This document shows positions 1-9,035 of a stretch of DNA of 57,671 nucleotides, piece after piece. Numbering within the stretch: the first letter of the stretch is position 1; every line of letters begins with the position of its first letter. The translations under genes were made by a program, and so were the position numbers. The notes under the pieces were generated by a model. That model saw nothing but the letters and a program-made list of their open reading frames with translations. It was not told the origin of the DNA and ran no database searches. Source of the stretch: a virus (lineage: Duplodnaviria > Caudoviricetes); IMG/VR virus record IMGVR_UViG_3300037198_000035, positions 1 to 57,671 of that record; one strand, 5' to 3'.

Positions 1-91
1 TACTTGAAAAACAAACACCACGGAAGCCGATGTTTTTCCTGTTCCCAAATTACTTTGTGTGAGTAATGTTCGTTCATTTTTCAGGACAAGG

Positions 92-289
92 CTATTTCTT
101 CCTTGCGATTAGAAAAAAATTATAGCCCGTTATATCAAAATCATTACAATCGGGCAGTAAAACCTCTGGATGCGTCAATTTTATGATTGCACTGGCCGAC
201 CCAATTCCCCCCAACATTAAGGGTCGCCTTTCCAGAAATTCAGCAAGCAAATATGGAGACTGACATTTCGATCTGTTTTTCTTAGGCAT
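92..289 (-). CDS. small hypothetical protein
   Basis: 65-aa ORF in the leftward gene run; no recognisable motif. Confidence 0.4.
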   Translation of the reverse strand: MPKKNRSKCQSPYLLAEFLERRPLMLGGIGSASAIIKLTHPEVLLPDCNDFDITGYNFFLIARKK

Positions 290-307
290 AGTGGTAAACC
301 TCTTTCA

Positions 308-580
308 TCAGTTGCTCGCCGGTTCGACAGGTTTTGGTTGAGTAAGAATCACCACTTTTTGGTGCTGAAACAATTTTCCGGTTGTTCCGCACGGCGCATT
401 CGGGCTTCGCACGTCGCTGCACGGGAGGTAGAACTGCTCGCCCATGACCAAGTCCGTCATCTGGAATTTGCGACAGCGCGGCAATGCCCCAAGTCGGTCG
501 CCTTCCTCAACGGCTATAAAGTGGGCGCAATCTTTGCAGAACGGCATCGGTGGTTTGGGGGGCGAGGTTTGTTTAGCCAT
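308..580 (-). CDS. hypothetical Cys-rich phage protein
   Basis: 90-aa ORF with CKDCAHF and three further Cys; its ATG overlaps the left IS target duplication by 1 nt. Confidence 0.65.
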   Translation of the reverse strand: MAKQTSPPKPPMPFCKDCAHFIAVEEGDRLGALPRCRKFQMTDLVMGEQFYLPCSDVRSPNAPCGTTGKLFQHQKVVILTQPKPVEPASN

Positions 581-599
581 AAATTATCGCGATTATCCC

Positions 600-628
600 T
601 TGACGACACTTAATGGTTGTGTTAGTGT
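600..628 (+). promoter_or_regulatory. sigma70-like promoter of the transposase
   Basis: TTGACG-17 nt-TAGTGT with the -35 inside the left TIR; ATG at 637 is 8 nt downstream. Confidence 0.5.
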
Positions 629-636
629 TTTCATAT

Positions 637-1497
637 ATGAGTTATACGTTAATGGATTTCAACGCGCAGTTTCCCGATGACCGCGCTTGCTTGGATTACT
701 TGTTCAAACTGCGCTTTCCGAACGGCGGAAAGTGCGAGTGCGGGAAAGAAAATTGCTTTCATCCGATTGAGAAACGCCGCGCCTACGTCTGCGGCTGGTG
801 CGGCAATCAACTTTATCCGACCGCTGGCACGATTTTCCACAAATCCAGCACGTCGCTCGTCAAGTGGTTCTTTGCGATGGTTCTCATGTCCAATTCCAAG
901 AATGGCGTTGCCGCAAAGGAAATCGAGCGGCAAGTCGGCGTGACGTATAAGACAGCTTGGCGCATGGCGCATGAAATCCGAAAACTCATGGCCGATGAGC
1001 CGACCCCGTTCTTTGGTGAAGTCGAGGCCGATGAAACATACATCGGCGGGAAGCGCAAAGGCAAACGTGGACGAGGCGCGGCAGGTAAGACGCCAGTTGT
1101 CGGCGTCGTGCAGCGTCGTGGCGGCGTCCAAGCTAAGGTTGTGGACGTTGTGAACACCGCCAACGCCATCGGCCATATCCGCAAGACTGTGGCGCAAGGT
1201 GCGACGATTCACAGTGACGAGTATCCGGCCTACAACTACGTCAGCAAACTCGGTTACAGCCATGAGGTCGTGAACCACGGCGCGAAGCAATACGTTCGCG
1301 GACGCTGCCATACCAACACCATTGAAGGCTTTTGGGCACAACTCAAACGCAGTATTGACGGGACGCATCATCATGTTAGTCGGAAGCATTTGCAGGCTTA
1401 CGTTGACGAGTTCGCTTTCCGCTACTCGAACCGCTGGTTTTCGATTTTCCAGATTTTGATTGCGCGAGCGGGAGCGCAGCTTTCGACAGCACTTTGA
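637..1497 (+). CDS. tnp: IS1595-family DDE transposase
   Basis: N-terminal zinc ribbon (CECG...CGWC), HTH region, catalytic motifs VEADETYIGG, TIHSDE and NTIEGFW, C-terminal YVDEFAFRY; start probably at 637. Confidence 0.93.
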   Translation: MSYTLMDFNAQFPDDRACLDYLFKLRFPNGGKCECGKENCFHPIEKRRAYVCGWCGNQLYPTAGTIFHKSSTSLVKWFFAMVLMSNSKNGVAAKEIERQVGVTYKTAWRMAHEIRKLMADEPTPFFGEVEADETYIGGKRKGKRGRGAAGKTPVVGVVQRRGGVQAKVVDVVNTANAIGHIRKTVAQGATIHSDEYPAYNYVSKLGYSHEVVNHGAKQYVRGRCHTNTIEGFWAQLKRSIDGTHHHVSRKHLQAYVDEFAFRYSNRWFSIFQILIARAGAQLSTAL

Positions 1498-1530
1498 AGA
1501 ATCGTTCTTTATGAATTTTGTCGTCATTTT

Positions 1531-1758
1531 TCATGGAATAATCCTGTTCTGCCTCAAAAAATCGGCAAGGTTTAACTTTTCTCCTTCGTGAGGAGCTTCA
1601 TGTTCATCCAGCCATGTTGATTGAATTTTAAAGTCTTCCGGCGGCTGGAATTTTAACAATTCTTTCAGGCGTGGCTTACAAAGCATGTGTTCGCTGTGCG
1701 AACCAACTTTGTTTCCAGCCTTTGTGATTGTAAAATTGATTACGTTTGCAGATGTCAT
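1531..1758 (-). CDS. hypothetical IS passenger protein
   Basis: ATGA-coupled to the upstream PAPS-reductase-like gene; start at MTSANV. Confidence 0.55.
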   Translation of the reverse strand: MTSANVINFTITKAGNKVGSHSEHMLCKPRLKELLKFQPPEDFKIQSTWLDEHEAPHEGEKLNLADFLRQNRIIP

Positions 1759-2531
1759 AGGTCTTTTTGATGTTGAGCTGGCGAGGCACATTCAGGCCCA
1801 CAAGAGACATTCTCTTGTGCAGATTTCTTAAAAAATCTTTTTGGAATTTCGCTGTCTGGCGGAATTTCGTCTAGGAAAATCCTTTTGTTTTTCCACCGCG
1901 TAAGACGGCAGTTAATAGCGCGGGACTGCCTTGCGCGACGGGCAAATGCTTCTGGATTGATCCTGCGCTCTCGAATCCAATATGCGATGCTGGAGGCCTT
2001 CACGCAGCAAAGGCAGTTATTGTTTAAGAAACCTTGCAGGTAGCGCAAAGGCAGTCCAATTCCGGCTGATTGCAGCATTTTGAAACAGGCTTGTTTTGTT
2101 ACGCCATTTTCAATCAAAATCCACTTCAAATTCATGTCAGGATTGCGATGTTTGAAATCTGATGCTCGCTTGCGTTCCTTTTTTTCGCTCGTAAATCCAA
2201 AGAGGTGTATGTCGGTTGCCCGTTGGAATTTTAGGCGCGGAATTTTTTTCATTTCCGTTGTGCAACGCGCTCCTTTTTGTCCGGCCATATAGCGCGTTTG
2301 TTCATACACTTCGTCAACCGTTTGAAATTTATCGGAACGAATTGTTGTTAATGGTTGGCCAACCCATGCGGATACGGCATCCAGAAAGCGTTTATTGTCA
2401 CTTTCCTCTGACTTTGAAGTGTCACAATAAACACCCATGCAGCGTGAACCAAATTCGTTCACTGCCAGCTTCCAAGCAACGGCAGATGCCGCGCCAGCCG
2501 ATACCCAAACAATTATTCTTTCTTCATTCAT
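1755..2531 (-). CDS. PAPS-reductase-like / PP-loop adenine nucleotide alpha-hydrolase family protein (IS passenger)
   Basis: N-terminal VWVSAGAASA PP-loop-like motif; RCTTEMKK, NNNCLCCVK and CGPEC cysteine motifs. Confidence 0.75.
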   Translation of the reverse strand: MNEERIIVWVSAGAASAVAWKLAVNEFGSRCMGVYCDTSKSEESDNKRFLDAVSAWVGQPLTTIRSDKFQTVDEVYEQTRYMAGQKGARCTTEMKKIPRLKFQRATDIHLFGFTSEKKERKRASDFKHRNPDMNLKWILIENGVTKQACFKMLQSAGIGLPLRYLQGFLNNNCLCCVKASSIAYWIRERRINPEAFARRARQSRAINCRLTRWKNKRIFLDEIPPDSEIPKRFFKKSAQENVSCGPECASPAQHQKDL

Positions 2532-2583
2532 CCTGCTATTTTCTCAATGCTGTTTAAGTGTCGCTAGGGGATAATCGCCTAAA

Positions 2584-3078
2584 TTATTTAGGGGTTAGGG
2601 TTTCAAGTCCCAATTGTTTTGCAATTTCGCGCTGCAAGTTTGTCAGTGTAATTTTTGTTGTGAGGGGAAAGTTTTTTAACTGAACCGCCATCGCCCTGAC
2701 GCGATCAATCTCTGACATTATTTGAGCCTTATCCAAATATCCAAATCGTCCGTAATGCCCCCAGTGATGGCTGTAACTTGGTTTTGACGAATGGTTGGTC
2801 AGCAGGCGGAACGGTCTATATTTTTGAATCCACTCCCTTTCTTTTTGCTCCACCTGAAAAACGCTGCACTTTTCCAGCCTTATGATTTTAGGATTGATTC
2901 CATTCCTTAACAGGCTAGAAACCCACTTGCATTTAGCGTCGAGTTCTGGCTTCCTTATTGCGAGAGCAATATGTTCCAATCGCCTTTCTCGAAGTGTTTT
3001 TTTAGTTGCTCCGATATATCGATACTTGCTCGAAAATCGAGGGTCAACTAATGCGTAAATTGTAAAGTCAGATTTCAC
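2584..3078 (-). CDS. GIY-YIG nuclease-domain protein
   Basis: TIYALVDPR...RYIGAT, downstream R..H and EREWI; probable GTG start at 3078 overlapping the upstream stop. Confidence 0.75.
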   Translation of the reverse strand: MKSDFTIYALVDPRFSSKYRYIGATKKTLRERRLEHIALAIRKPELDAKCKWVSSLLRNGINPKIIRLEKCSVFQVEQKEREWIQKYRPFRLLTNHSSKPSYSHHWGHYGRFGYLDKAQIMSEIDRVRAMAVQLKNFPLTTKITLTNLQREIAKQLGLETLTPK

Positions 3079-3233
3079 TTTGGCGGTTCTTGTTCCCGAA
3101 CAGATTTCATAAAAGACTTTCGGCACCATTGCCAGAACCATCTCCCCCTTGATTTTGCAAATGCAATTTTAACGTCCTGATATTCAGTTTCAGTGACGCG
3201 GAATTTTAGCCATTTGAACTTTTCCAAAGCCAT
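3075..3233 (-). CDS. small ribbon-helix-helix-like DNA-binding protein (52 aa, not in the supplied track)
   Basis: MALEKFKWLKFRVTETEYQDVK; preceded by TTGACA-18-TACAGT on the minus strand; stop overlaps the GIY-YIG start. Confidence 0.55.
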   Translation of the reverse strand: MALEKFKWLKFRVTETEYQDVKIAFAKSRGRWFWQWCRKSFMKSVREQEPPK

Positions 3234-3239
3234 TGTTCC

Positions 3240-3306
3240 GACTGTAACATGAGGAACGCATTTCTGTCAAGCGCCAATTGACATTTTTTCAAAACTCGAT
3301 TATTGC
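3240..3306. promoter_or_regulatory. divergent sigma70-like promoters between the leftward operon and the capsid operon
   Basis: minus strand TTGACA-18-TACAGT; plus strand TTGACA (3278)-17-TATTGC. Confidence 0.5.
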
Positions 3307-3498
3307 TCCATCAGCGATTGAAACAGTCACCCCCGGAGAAATCCGGCAGCGCGGGTGAAACCAACCGAAACTACGGTGGTATTGGTTGGACAAAGTGATT
3401 CGGAAAACTACAAACCGAATCGGGGGTCACTTCCCCAACGCAACCGAAAAACGTCAGTCAACAATCACGCACAATTAACAATCAACACATAAAATCAA

Positions 3499-5070
3499 AT
3501 GCCACTCAGCACTAGCCAATGCCAACAATTCCACTCGTATTTAGGCGCACGTCCGTATCCCTGGGACAAGAAAATCTCCGAAGATCGTTTCCCGCAGGAG
3601 TTCATCTACGCCGGGATGTACTCAACCAAAAAATGGGATTCTTTCACTGAAACCCAACATTTGTGGGAGCAAGTCCACGTTGCCCGCGCCAATGACCCCG
3701 GCATGTGGGCGCAGTTCTTTGCCGACCCCTGCTTGGGTGCGCCGTGCAAAATGGACATCCGCTACATCGGCCACGGCGTGACGCAGAAGAAATTCGGGCG
3801 TTATCGCCAGGAATACCGTTCCTCGGTGTTCTGCCTCGACCAGTTGAACACGATTGAGGAAGCCCCGCGCAAGCTGGACATCATCGTCAAGGGTTACAAG
3901 AACATCCCCGAAGAAGTCGCTGGCGGGTTCATCCGTCAACTGTCTTTGGTCAACGCTGGCACGACTGCCGAAGGCGGCGGTTTGTGGCTGACGGGCGTGC
4001 AGGACGTTTCTGGCAATCCGGTTGCGATTGACATGGACGCGGCCATGCTCGCGGTAAGCGCGGGTGGCGCGGCTGGCACGGTCAATGGCCTGTTCATCAA
4101 TCTCAATGCGATTGGCGGTTTGGACGCGATTGTGACGGCGGGTTACATCACCGCCGCAACCACGGCTGGACTTTCGGCCAAGATGAGTCAAATCACGATG
4201 GAATATCTGGCCAACCAGCAGGAAGATTTGGCACTCGCCGGTTATCACAATCAAAAGATGGCCGTGAACGGCAAGTTTGAAATCACGATGGATGGCACGA
4301 CTTCGCGGCTGCTGACGGCTGCGAATCCCGCCCTGACCGCGCTTTACAAGGCGTCGGACTTCACCAAGGCTGGTGAGTTCTACGGCTTGGGCGTTGCTGC
4401 GGGCTGTGGTGACTGGCTGTTCAAGCGCGACAACATGCAGATGCGCTTCCGTTTCCGGTCGGACTTGGATGGCAAGAATCTGGCTGGTGGCGCACTCGCC
4501 CGCGCCGTGTGGGTTGAGCAGATTCAGCCGTTTGAAAATGTTCCGGCCACGTTTGGCATCAAGCCGCGCCCGAATCCGCAATGGAAGAACGCTCCCATTC
4601 GCATGTATCACTGCTACAACCGCGATGCCCGCGAGATTTATGTGGGCGACATTACCAGCGTCAATTCCGAAATGAAATTCGGTCTTGCCCGTTCGTTCAT
4701 GGGCAAATGGAGTTGGAAGCACCCGGATTTCTTCCGGGCCACCGACCCCGGCACTGGCACGGTCTGCGATTACGACAATGTGAAGCAGAACCAGGGCTTC
4801 TTCCTCGGCGAATACGACTTGGGCTGCAAAACCCTGTATCCGAACATCGAACGCTGGTTCATGGCGCTTGGTGAGGCCACGCCTTACGTCCGCCGTCCGA
4901 ACACGGTCACGCCGTCCGCTTACCCGACGAGCGCATCGGATTATCAGGACTTGGTTGCTTACAACGCGCACTGCGCTGACAACCCGGTTTTCTGGAGTCC
5001 GTATGATGTGAGCGAAACCACCGAGGGGACGCCGAACACGACTGGTTGGGCGACCTACGGTTACGCATAA
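3499..5070 (+). CDS. putative major capsid protein
   Basis: 523 aa, strongly biased codon usage, first gene after a promoter and long leader, followed by a strong hairpin and decoration-like genes; no other capsid candidate in the window. Confidence 0.7.
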   Translation: MPLSTSQCQQFHSYLGARPYPWDKKISEDRFPQEFIYAGMYSTKKWDSFTETQHLWEQVHVARANDPGMWAQFFADPCLGAPCKMDIRYIGHGVTQKKFGRYRQEYRSSVFCLDQLNTIEEAPRKLDIIVKGYKNIPEEVAGGFIRQLSLVNAGTTAEGGGLWLTGVQDVSGNPVAIDMDAAMLAVSAGGAAGTVNGLFINLNAIGGLDAIVTAGYITAATTAGLSAKMSQITMEYLANQQEDLALAGYHNQKMAVNGKFEITMDGTTSRLLTAANPALTALYKASDFTKAGEFYGLGVAAGCGDWLFKRDNMQMRFRFRSDLDGKNLAGGALARAVWVEQIQPFENVPATFGIKPRPNPQWKNAPIRMYHCYNRDAREIYVGDITSVNSEMKFGLARSFMGKWSWKHPDFFRATDPGTGTVCDYDNVKQNQGFFLGEYDLGCKTLYPNIERWFMALGEATPYVRRPNTVTPSAYPTSASDYQDLVAYNAHCADNPVFWSPYDVSETTEGTPNTTGWATYGYA

Positions 5071-5084
5071 GCGTTGGTAAACAT

Positions 5085-5118
5085 TTGGGCGGGTTTGGGA
5101 GTTCCAAGCCCGCCCCAA
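5085..5118. terminator. GC-rich stem-loop after the capsid gene
   Basis: GGGCGGGTTTGG pairs with CCAAGCCCGCCC; no U-tract, so it may be an mRNA-stabilising hairpin instead. Confidence 0.45.
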
Positions 5119-5130
5119 AATCAATAAAAT

Positions 5131-5394
5131 ATGCGAATTTTACTCGAACCACTTTCCGCTGATGGCGGCGGGACACCCGCTGGAGATTCACTCGAAGCGC
5201 CGGACGCGGGAGCCGCGAAAACTATCACCGTCCCCGCCGACTTGATGCCGGAGGCAAAGGCGGGCGATACTTTCAAGGTTCAGTCAGTTGCCGATGGCAA
5301 TGTGACACTGGAGCACGAATCCGGCGGTGAAGGTGATGACTGGGGCAAGGGCTTGGAAGAAGCCGCCCCGCGAACCGATGAAGGAGCGATGTAA
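5131..5394 (+). CDS. small acidic head-associated protein
   Basis: 87 aa directly after the capsid gene; shares N- and C-terminal motifs with the putative scaffold. Confidence 0.7.
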   Translation: MRILLEPLSADGGGTPAGDSLEAPDAGAAKTITVPADLMPEAKAGDTFKVQSVADGNVTLEHESGGEGDDWGKGLEEAAPRTDEGAM

Positions 5395-5397
5395 TTT

Positions 5398-5826
5398 ATG
5401 TCAATGACACTTGTAGCACTTCCGCAAATCACGCCGCCGCCAAATCGTGAAAGCAACGCCGCTCTATTGCAGAACATTGCGGTGCTGTCCGCGCTCAATC
5501 CAAAGGAGCGTTTGGCGCTGGCCGTTTATTTCAGGGCGAAAGAACTCGCCAATGACACAACCAATCCACTGACCAATTACGACCCCGCAATCGTCGGAGA
5601 TGTCACCGCGTTGGTTCAGGACGCAAAAACGGTAATGGGCAGCATTCCGGTTGGCGATCTGCCTATTGTGGCACTGGCCATTGATTGGGCGAACAGCAAG
5701 TCGGTTTATGCGGCATTACCGTCTGACGTGGATACGTTGCGCGGCCTGTTGGGGCATTTGGCTCGGCGAGATGATGACGAACTTCGCCGGATATTGCTGT
5801 ATCTCCGACTCGAAATCGCCTCATAA
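5398..5826 (+). CDS. hypothetical virion protein with helical repeats
   Basis: 142 aa in the capsid operon. Confidence 0.65.
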   Translation: MSMTLVALPQITPPPNRESNAALLQNIAVLSALNPKERLALAVYFRAKELANDTTNPLTNYDPAIVGDVTALVQDAKTVMGSIPVGDLPIVALAIDWANSKSVYAALPSDVDTLRGLLGHLARRDDDELRRILLYLRLEIAS

Positions 5827-5832
5827 CAACCT

Positions 5833-6363
5833 ATGGATGCTGCCACCTTGCTTGCGGGTGCGCTGGCGGGCGGCGCAGACAGGTTAAGCCCGCGTGACTG
5901 CTGGCTGTGCTTGGCGTATCTCTACTCGACTGGCAATTCCGCTCAAATACAGATTGACGCCGCCATTGCCGCCGGTTGTGACAGGCTCTCAGATGGCGAC
6001 ATTGAAAAGTGTCTGGCTTACATGCTGACCAGCGGGTCATCTCCCGTTCCTGGGCCTGTGAACCTGATACCAGCAGGGGCGGTATATGATGTGTGGGGTC
6101 GGTATTATCTTCAGGGAACAGACGGAAACAATCCGAACTCCACATTGTTGAATTACGGTAGTTCTTACGTTTTAACGTGGGGACAAAATGAATTTTCAGC
6201 ACATGATATGTCAGCGGGTGGAGCATATTACAGTCCCGCATCAGGACGCCCAGGGGCGCAGCCCAGTGTTCAATTTACATACAGTGGGGTAGGAGATTTG
6301 GGATTTTATTTAACATCTACCATTCCCGGAGCCCTCGTCACCGCAACCCTCGTCCAAGTTTAA
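5833..6363 (+). CDS. putative capsid decoration protein
   Basis: two copies of AxAxGxDRLSxxD...C, then a beta-rich domain also found at the end of 10133..12079. Confidence 0.65.
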   Translation: MDAATLLAGALAGGADRLSPRDCWLCLAYLYSTGNSAQIQIDAAIAAGCDRLSDGDIEKCLAYMLTSGSSPVPGPVNLIPAGAVYDVWGRYYLQGTDGNNPNSTLLNYGSSYVLTWGQNEFSAHDMSAGGAYYSPASGRPGAQPSVQFTYSGVGDLGFYLTSTIPGALVTATLVQV

Positions 6364-6380
6364 TTTAACACCAAACCATT

Positions 6381-6626
6381 ATGGATGCTCAAACAACACT
6401 TAATGCGGCGATTGCCGCCGGATACGACAGACTCTCGCCGCGCGATGTCATGCTCTGTGCCCTGTATGGTGCAAGCAATGGGGGCGGTGGTAATGGCGGC
6501 TGGACGCACGGCGCAGGCTCTCCAATCGCCAACGGGATTTCGCCGGTCACATACAGCACTTATACGAACGATACTGACAGTTCATTCTGGACTGTGGCAA
6601 ACGGTGGATGGATTCAACTTGTGTAA
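6381..6626 (+). CDS. small putative decoration/adaptor protein
   Basis: one AIAAGYDRLSPRD module, Gly linker, C-terminal FWTVANGGW motif. Confidence 0.65.
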   Translation: MDAQTTLNAAIAAGYDRLSPRDVMLCALYGASNGGGGNGGWTHGAGSPIANGISPVTYSTYTNDTDSSFWTVANGGWIQLV

Positions 6627-6630
6627 ATTT

Positions 6631-8148
6631 ATGAAAAACCTACTCACAATCCTGTTTTTGACAGTGGCAATCACCTGCTTTGCGGGACAAAATCCGGTTC
6701 TGCAAACCATCTATACCACAGGAACCTTGGCCCAAGCCGACGCTCACATTGGAACCAACGCCATCCCATTTGCCACGCCCGCCCAAACTGCGGCAGGAAC
6801 TTCGACAACCTTGGCTGTGAATCCGTATGACATAGGACAGACATTTTGGACGTACGCAGATTTGACAAACAATTTGGCGACCAATGGCGTTACAGCCTAC
6901 TCCGCCATCAGTGGCTCCGCGGCCACGGCGGGGACTGCGAACGCCCTATCATATCAAGACTCCACAAACTGCTGGTTTGTCGCATCGTGGGGAAGTTCAA
7001 CTGGTGTGTTTGGCTCAAAGGCTTACCCGCTCAACAATTTCAGCAACGCGATTGTGCAACTGGCGGCGAATCCGGCTACCCTTGGAAACGGTCTGATTAA
7101 AACCTTTCCTGGTGACGTAGTTCTAATGGTTCAATGTTGGCTTACGAATAATCAGGTTGTGATGATTGTCAGCGACCCAAGTACAACCATTTCAAACATA
7201 ACGGCAGGCTGTAAAGGGTTTTATCAGCTTTACACCAATTCGACCCTTACAGTAAATGGCGGTCGGTTGGCGGAAAATGCCACATCCGCTAGTTTCTTTT
7301 GTCCGATTGGCACGAACAACACGTTGAACATTTGGAACACGATTGACATGCCTGCGCATGATTTCATTTACCAGCATAATGGCGTTGGCGTCTTTGGTAC
7401 GGCTCAGTTTCTTACCATTGATGTCGAAAATAATTTGATTATTCCCAGCAGCGCAGGAGCCGATTTTACTTACCTTGACAAACTAGGAGTTGGCGCGGAG
7501 GGAAACTCGATTGAACGAATAAGAAACTGTTTGTTTGTATGGAATGACGGTGGATATTCCCCCATTAAGAACAATGGGAATCATTTGCACTGGTTGCTTG
7601 AAAATGATGTTTTTGAAGACGTAAATTTTAGCGGCCTCGGGAATACGTTCCCAATTGTAAATGTGGTTTCTGCCACTTCATCAGCCGACATTTTCAACTG
7701 TTCGGCAATCAGTTACGCTGGCGCGACAAACCAACTAATCAATGTAACGTCTGGGGGGACAGTAATCTTGCACTCACCGTTCGGTTTGTCTTCGCAGTGG
7801 AACAATGATGGAGCCAGCACCATTCAACTTGCCTATTTAGATGTCGGAAATTCAGGGTCAACAAATTACACCGGAACTTTCATTGGCCAAGGCCCAACAC
7901 TGTCTAATGTCCCTTCATCAAGTGTCTCGGTTGACACCACTATGAGTAGTACACCAACAGTGAATGCTTATGGTCAAACAAATTACTTCTTATCTGTAAC
8001 TAACATCACTGCTCTGTCAACAATCAGAGGCATCCATTATGTGCCTAGTATGACCTTCAGCAATCACAATACCGGCTACATGCTTGGGACAAATGTACTT
8101 GGTATGCCGATAATGTGGGCAGTTTCAACCAACATCATAACCTACTGA
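6631..8148 (+). CDS. signal-peptide-bearing fibre/tailspike-like beta-helix protein
   Basis: starts MKNLLTILFLTVAITCFA; fibre-like FATPAQTAAGTSTTLAVNP segment; Asn/Thr-rich beta-helix-like body. Confidence 0.65.
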   Translation: MKNLLTILFLTVAITCFAGQNPVLQTIYTTGTLAQADAHIGTNAIPFATPAQTAAGTSTTLAVNPYDIGQTFWTYADLTNNLATNGVTAYSAISGSAATAGTANALSYQDSTNCWFVASWGSSTGVFGSKAYPLNNFSNAIVQLAANPATLGNGLIKTFPGDVVLMVQCWLTNNQVVMIVSDPSTTISNITAGCKGFYQLYTNSTLTVNGGRLAENATSASFFCPIGTNNTLNIWNTIDMPAHDFIYQHNGVGVFGTAQFLTIDVENNLIIPSSAGADFTYLDKLGVGAEGNSIERIRNCLFVWNDGGYSPIKNNGNHLHWLLENDVFEDVNFSGLGNTFPIVNVVSATSSADIFNCSAISYAGATNQLINVTSGGTVILHSPFGLSSQWNNDGASTIQLAYLDVGNSGSTNYTGTFIGQGPTLSNVPSSSVSVDTTMSSTPTVNAYGQTNYFLSVTNITALSTIRGIHYVPSMTFSNHNTGYMLGTNVLGMPIMWAVSTNIITY

Positions 8149-9035
8149 TGAAACTGATTGCAGTCATACTATTTGTAGCCCTGTCTGGAATCGCATTCGG
8201 TCAGAATGTGACAAACCAGTTTGGTGGACAGCCGTCGTTTGCCGGGCAACTGATATCCGCCGTGCCAAGTGCTGCTGCTATTCCTTATCCCTTGTTGCTC
8301 GATTTGAATCCTGATTTGGGAGTTTTCTCTGATGCGGGAACCACACCGGCAACCAATACTGGAATTATTATACAATGGAACGACCAGAGCGGAAACGGGT
8401 ATAATTTTAGTGGAGGGACTACCCTAGAAACGAACATTGCCAATGGACATTCCGTTGTCCGTTTCTTGGCTTCTGCCCTCGGTGGAGGCACTGGCAATTC
8501 AATGGCCAATACCACACTTGTTCATCCGTGTCCATTGGTTGTGTTTCTGGTAATGGCCACATCTTCATCTGATTGGAGTTTGGGGGAGACTATTTATAGC
8601 AGCCCTATTTCTTCTAGTACTCCCAGTTTGGGTGGAGCAGATTTTGGCTATGGAACCCCCCATCTTAATGCGATGTCCGCAGGAAACCCCGGACTCATTC
8701 CCGCTACTGCTTTTCCCACTAGTGGGTTCAATTTGATAACCATCTCTTGGGCCGTTTCTTCCATTAATATAAGATTAAATGGAATTGATATTGGAAGCAG
8801 TAGTGGTGGAACGAGTGTGGGGTTTAATGGTTTGGTTATCAATCCTTCATTTTTGTCCTACTGTGACATTGCTCGCTTCGCAATCAGTACCAACGCCAGC
8901 CTATCGTCTGTTACCAACATTGAAAACGTGTTGATGACTAATTACATAACTGGGTCAGTGTCACTAAACTACCTTCTCGACCCCAACGGCCTAACAATTT
9001 TTGACCCGGCCGGAAATCCAATTATATCATTATGA
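8148..9035 (+). CDS. signal-peptide-bearing LamG/concanavalin-A-like protein
   Basis: MKLIAVILFVALSGIAFG; QWNDQSGNGYNF motif; C-terminal LLDPNGLTIFDPAGNPI. Confidence 0.65.
   Translation: MKLIAVILFVALSGIAFGQNVTNQFGGQPSFAGQLISAVPSAAAIPYPLLLDLNPDLGVFSDAGTTPATNTGIIIQWNDQSGNGYNFSGGTTLETNIANGHSVVRFLASALGGGTGNSMANTTLVHPCPLVVFLVMATSSSDWSLGETIYSSPISSSTPSLGGADFGYGTPHLNAMSAGNPGLIPATAFPTSGFNLITISWAVSSINIRLNGIDIGSSSGGTSVGFNGLVINPSFLSYCDIARFAISTNASLSSVTNIENVLMTNYITGSVSLNYLLDPNGLTIFDPAGNPIISL

Larger units (their letters stand above)
588..2579 (+). mobile_element. IS1595-family element with passenger genes (1,992 bp)
   Basis: 26-bp imperfect TIRs (588-613 CGCGATTATCCCTTGACGACACTTAA; 2554-2579 reverse complement GGCGATTATCCCCTAGCGACACTTAA; 22/26 identical); perfect 8-bp flanking direct repeat TAAATTAT at 580-587 and 2580-2587. 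Confidence 0.93.

Noticed and set aside
3622-5124. 500-aa antisense ORF, and similar ones at 649-1527, 19578-20330 and 22669-23523
   Set aside because: Antisense shadows of codon-biased real genes, with no motifs.
6061-6350. Duplicated domain as a DGR template/variable repeat pair
   Set aside because: Differences from 11758-12030 are not adenine-specific and include indels; no reverse transcriptase is present.
6385-6630. N-terminal extension of the 587-aa ORF
   Set aside because: It overlaps the 6381 gene; the signal peptide and A/T-rich context point to the ATG at 6631.
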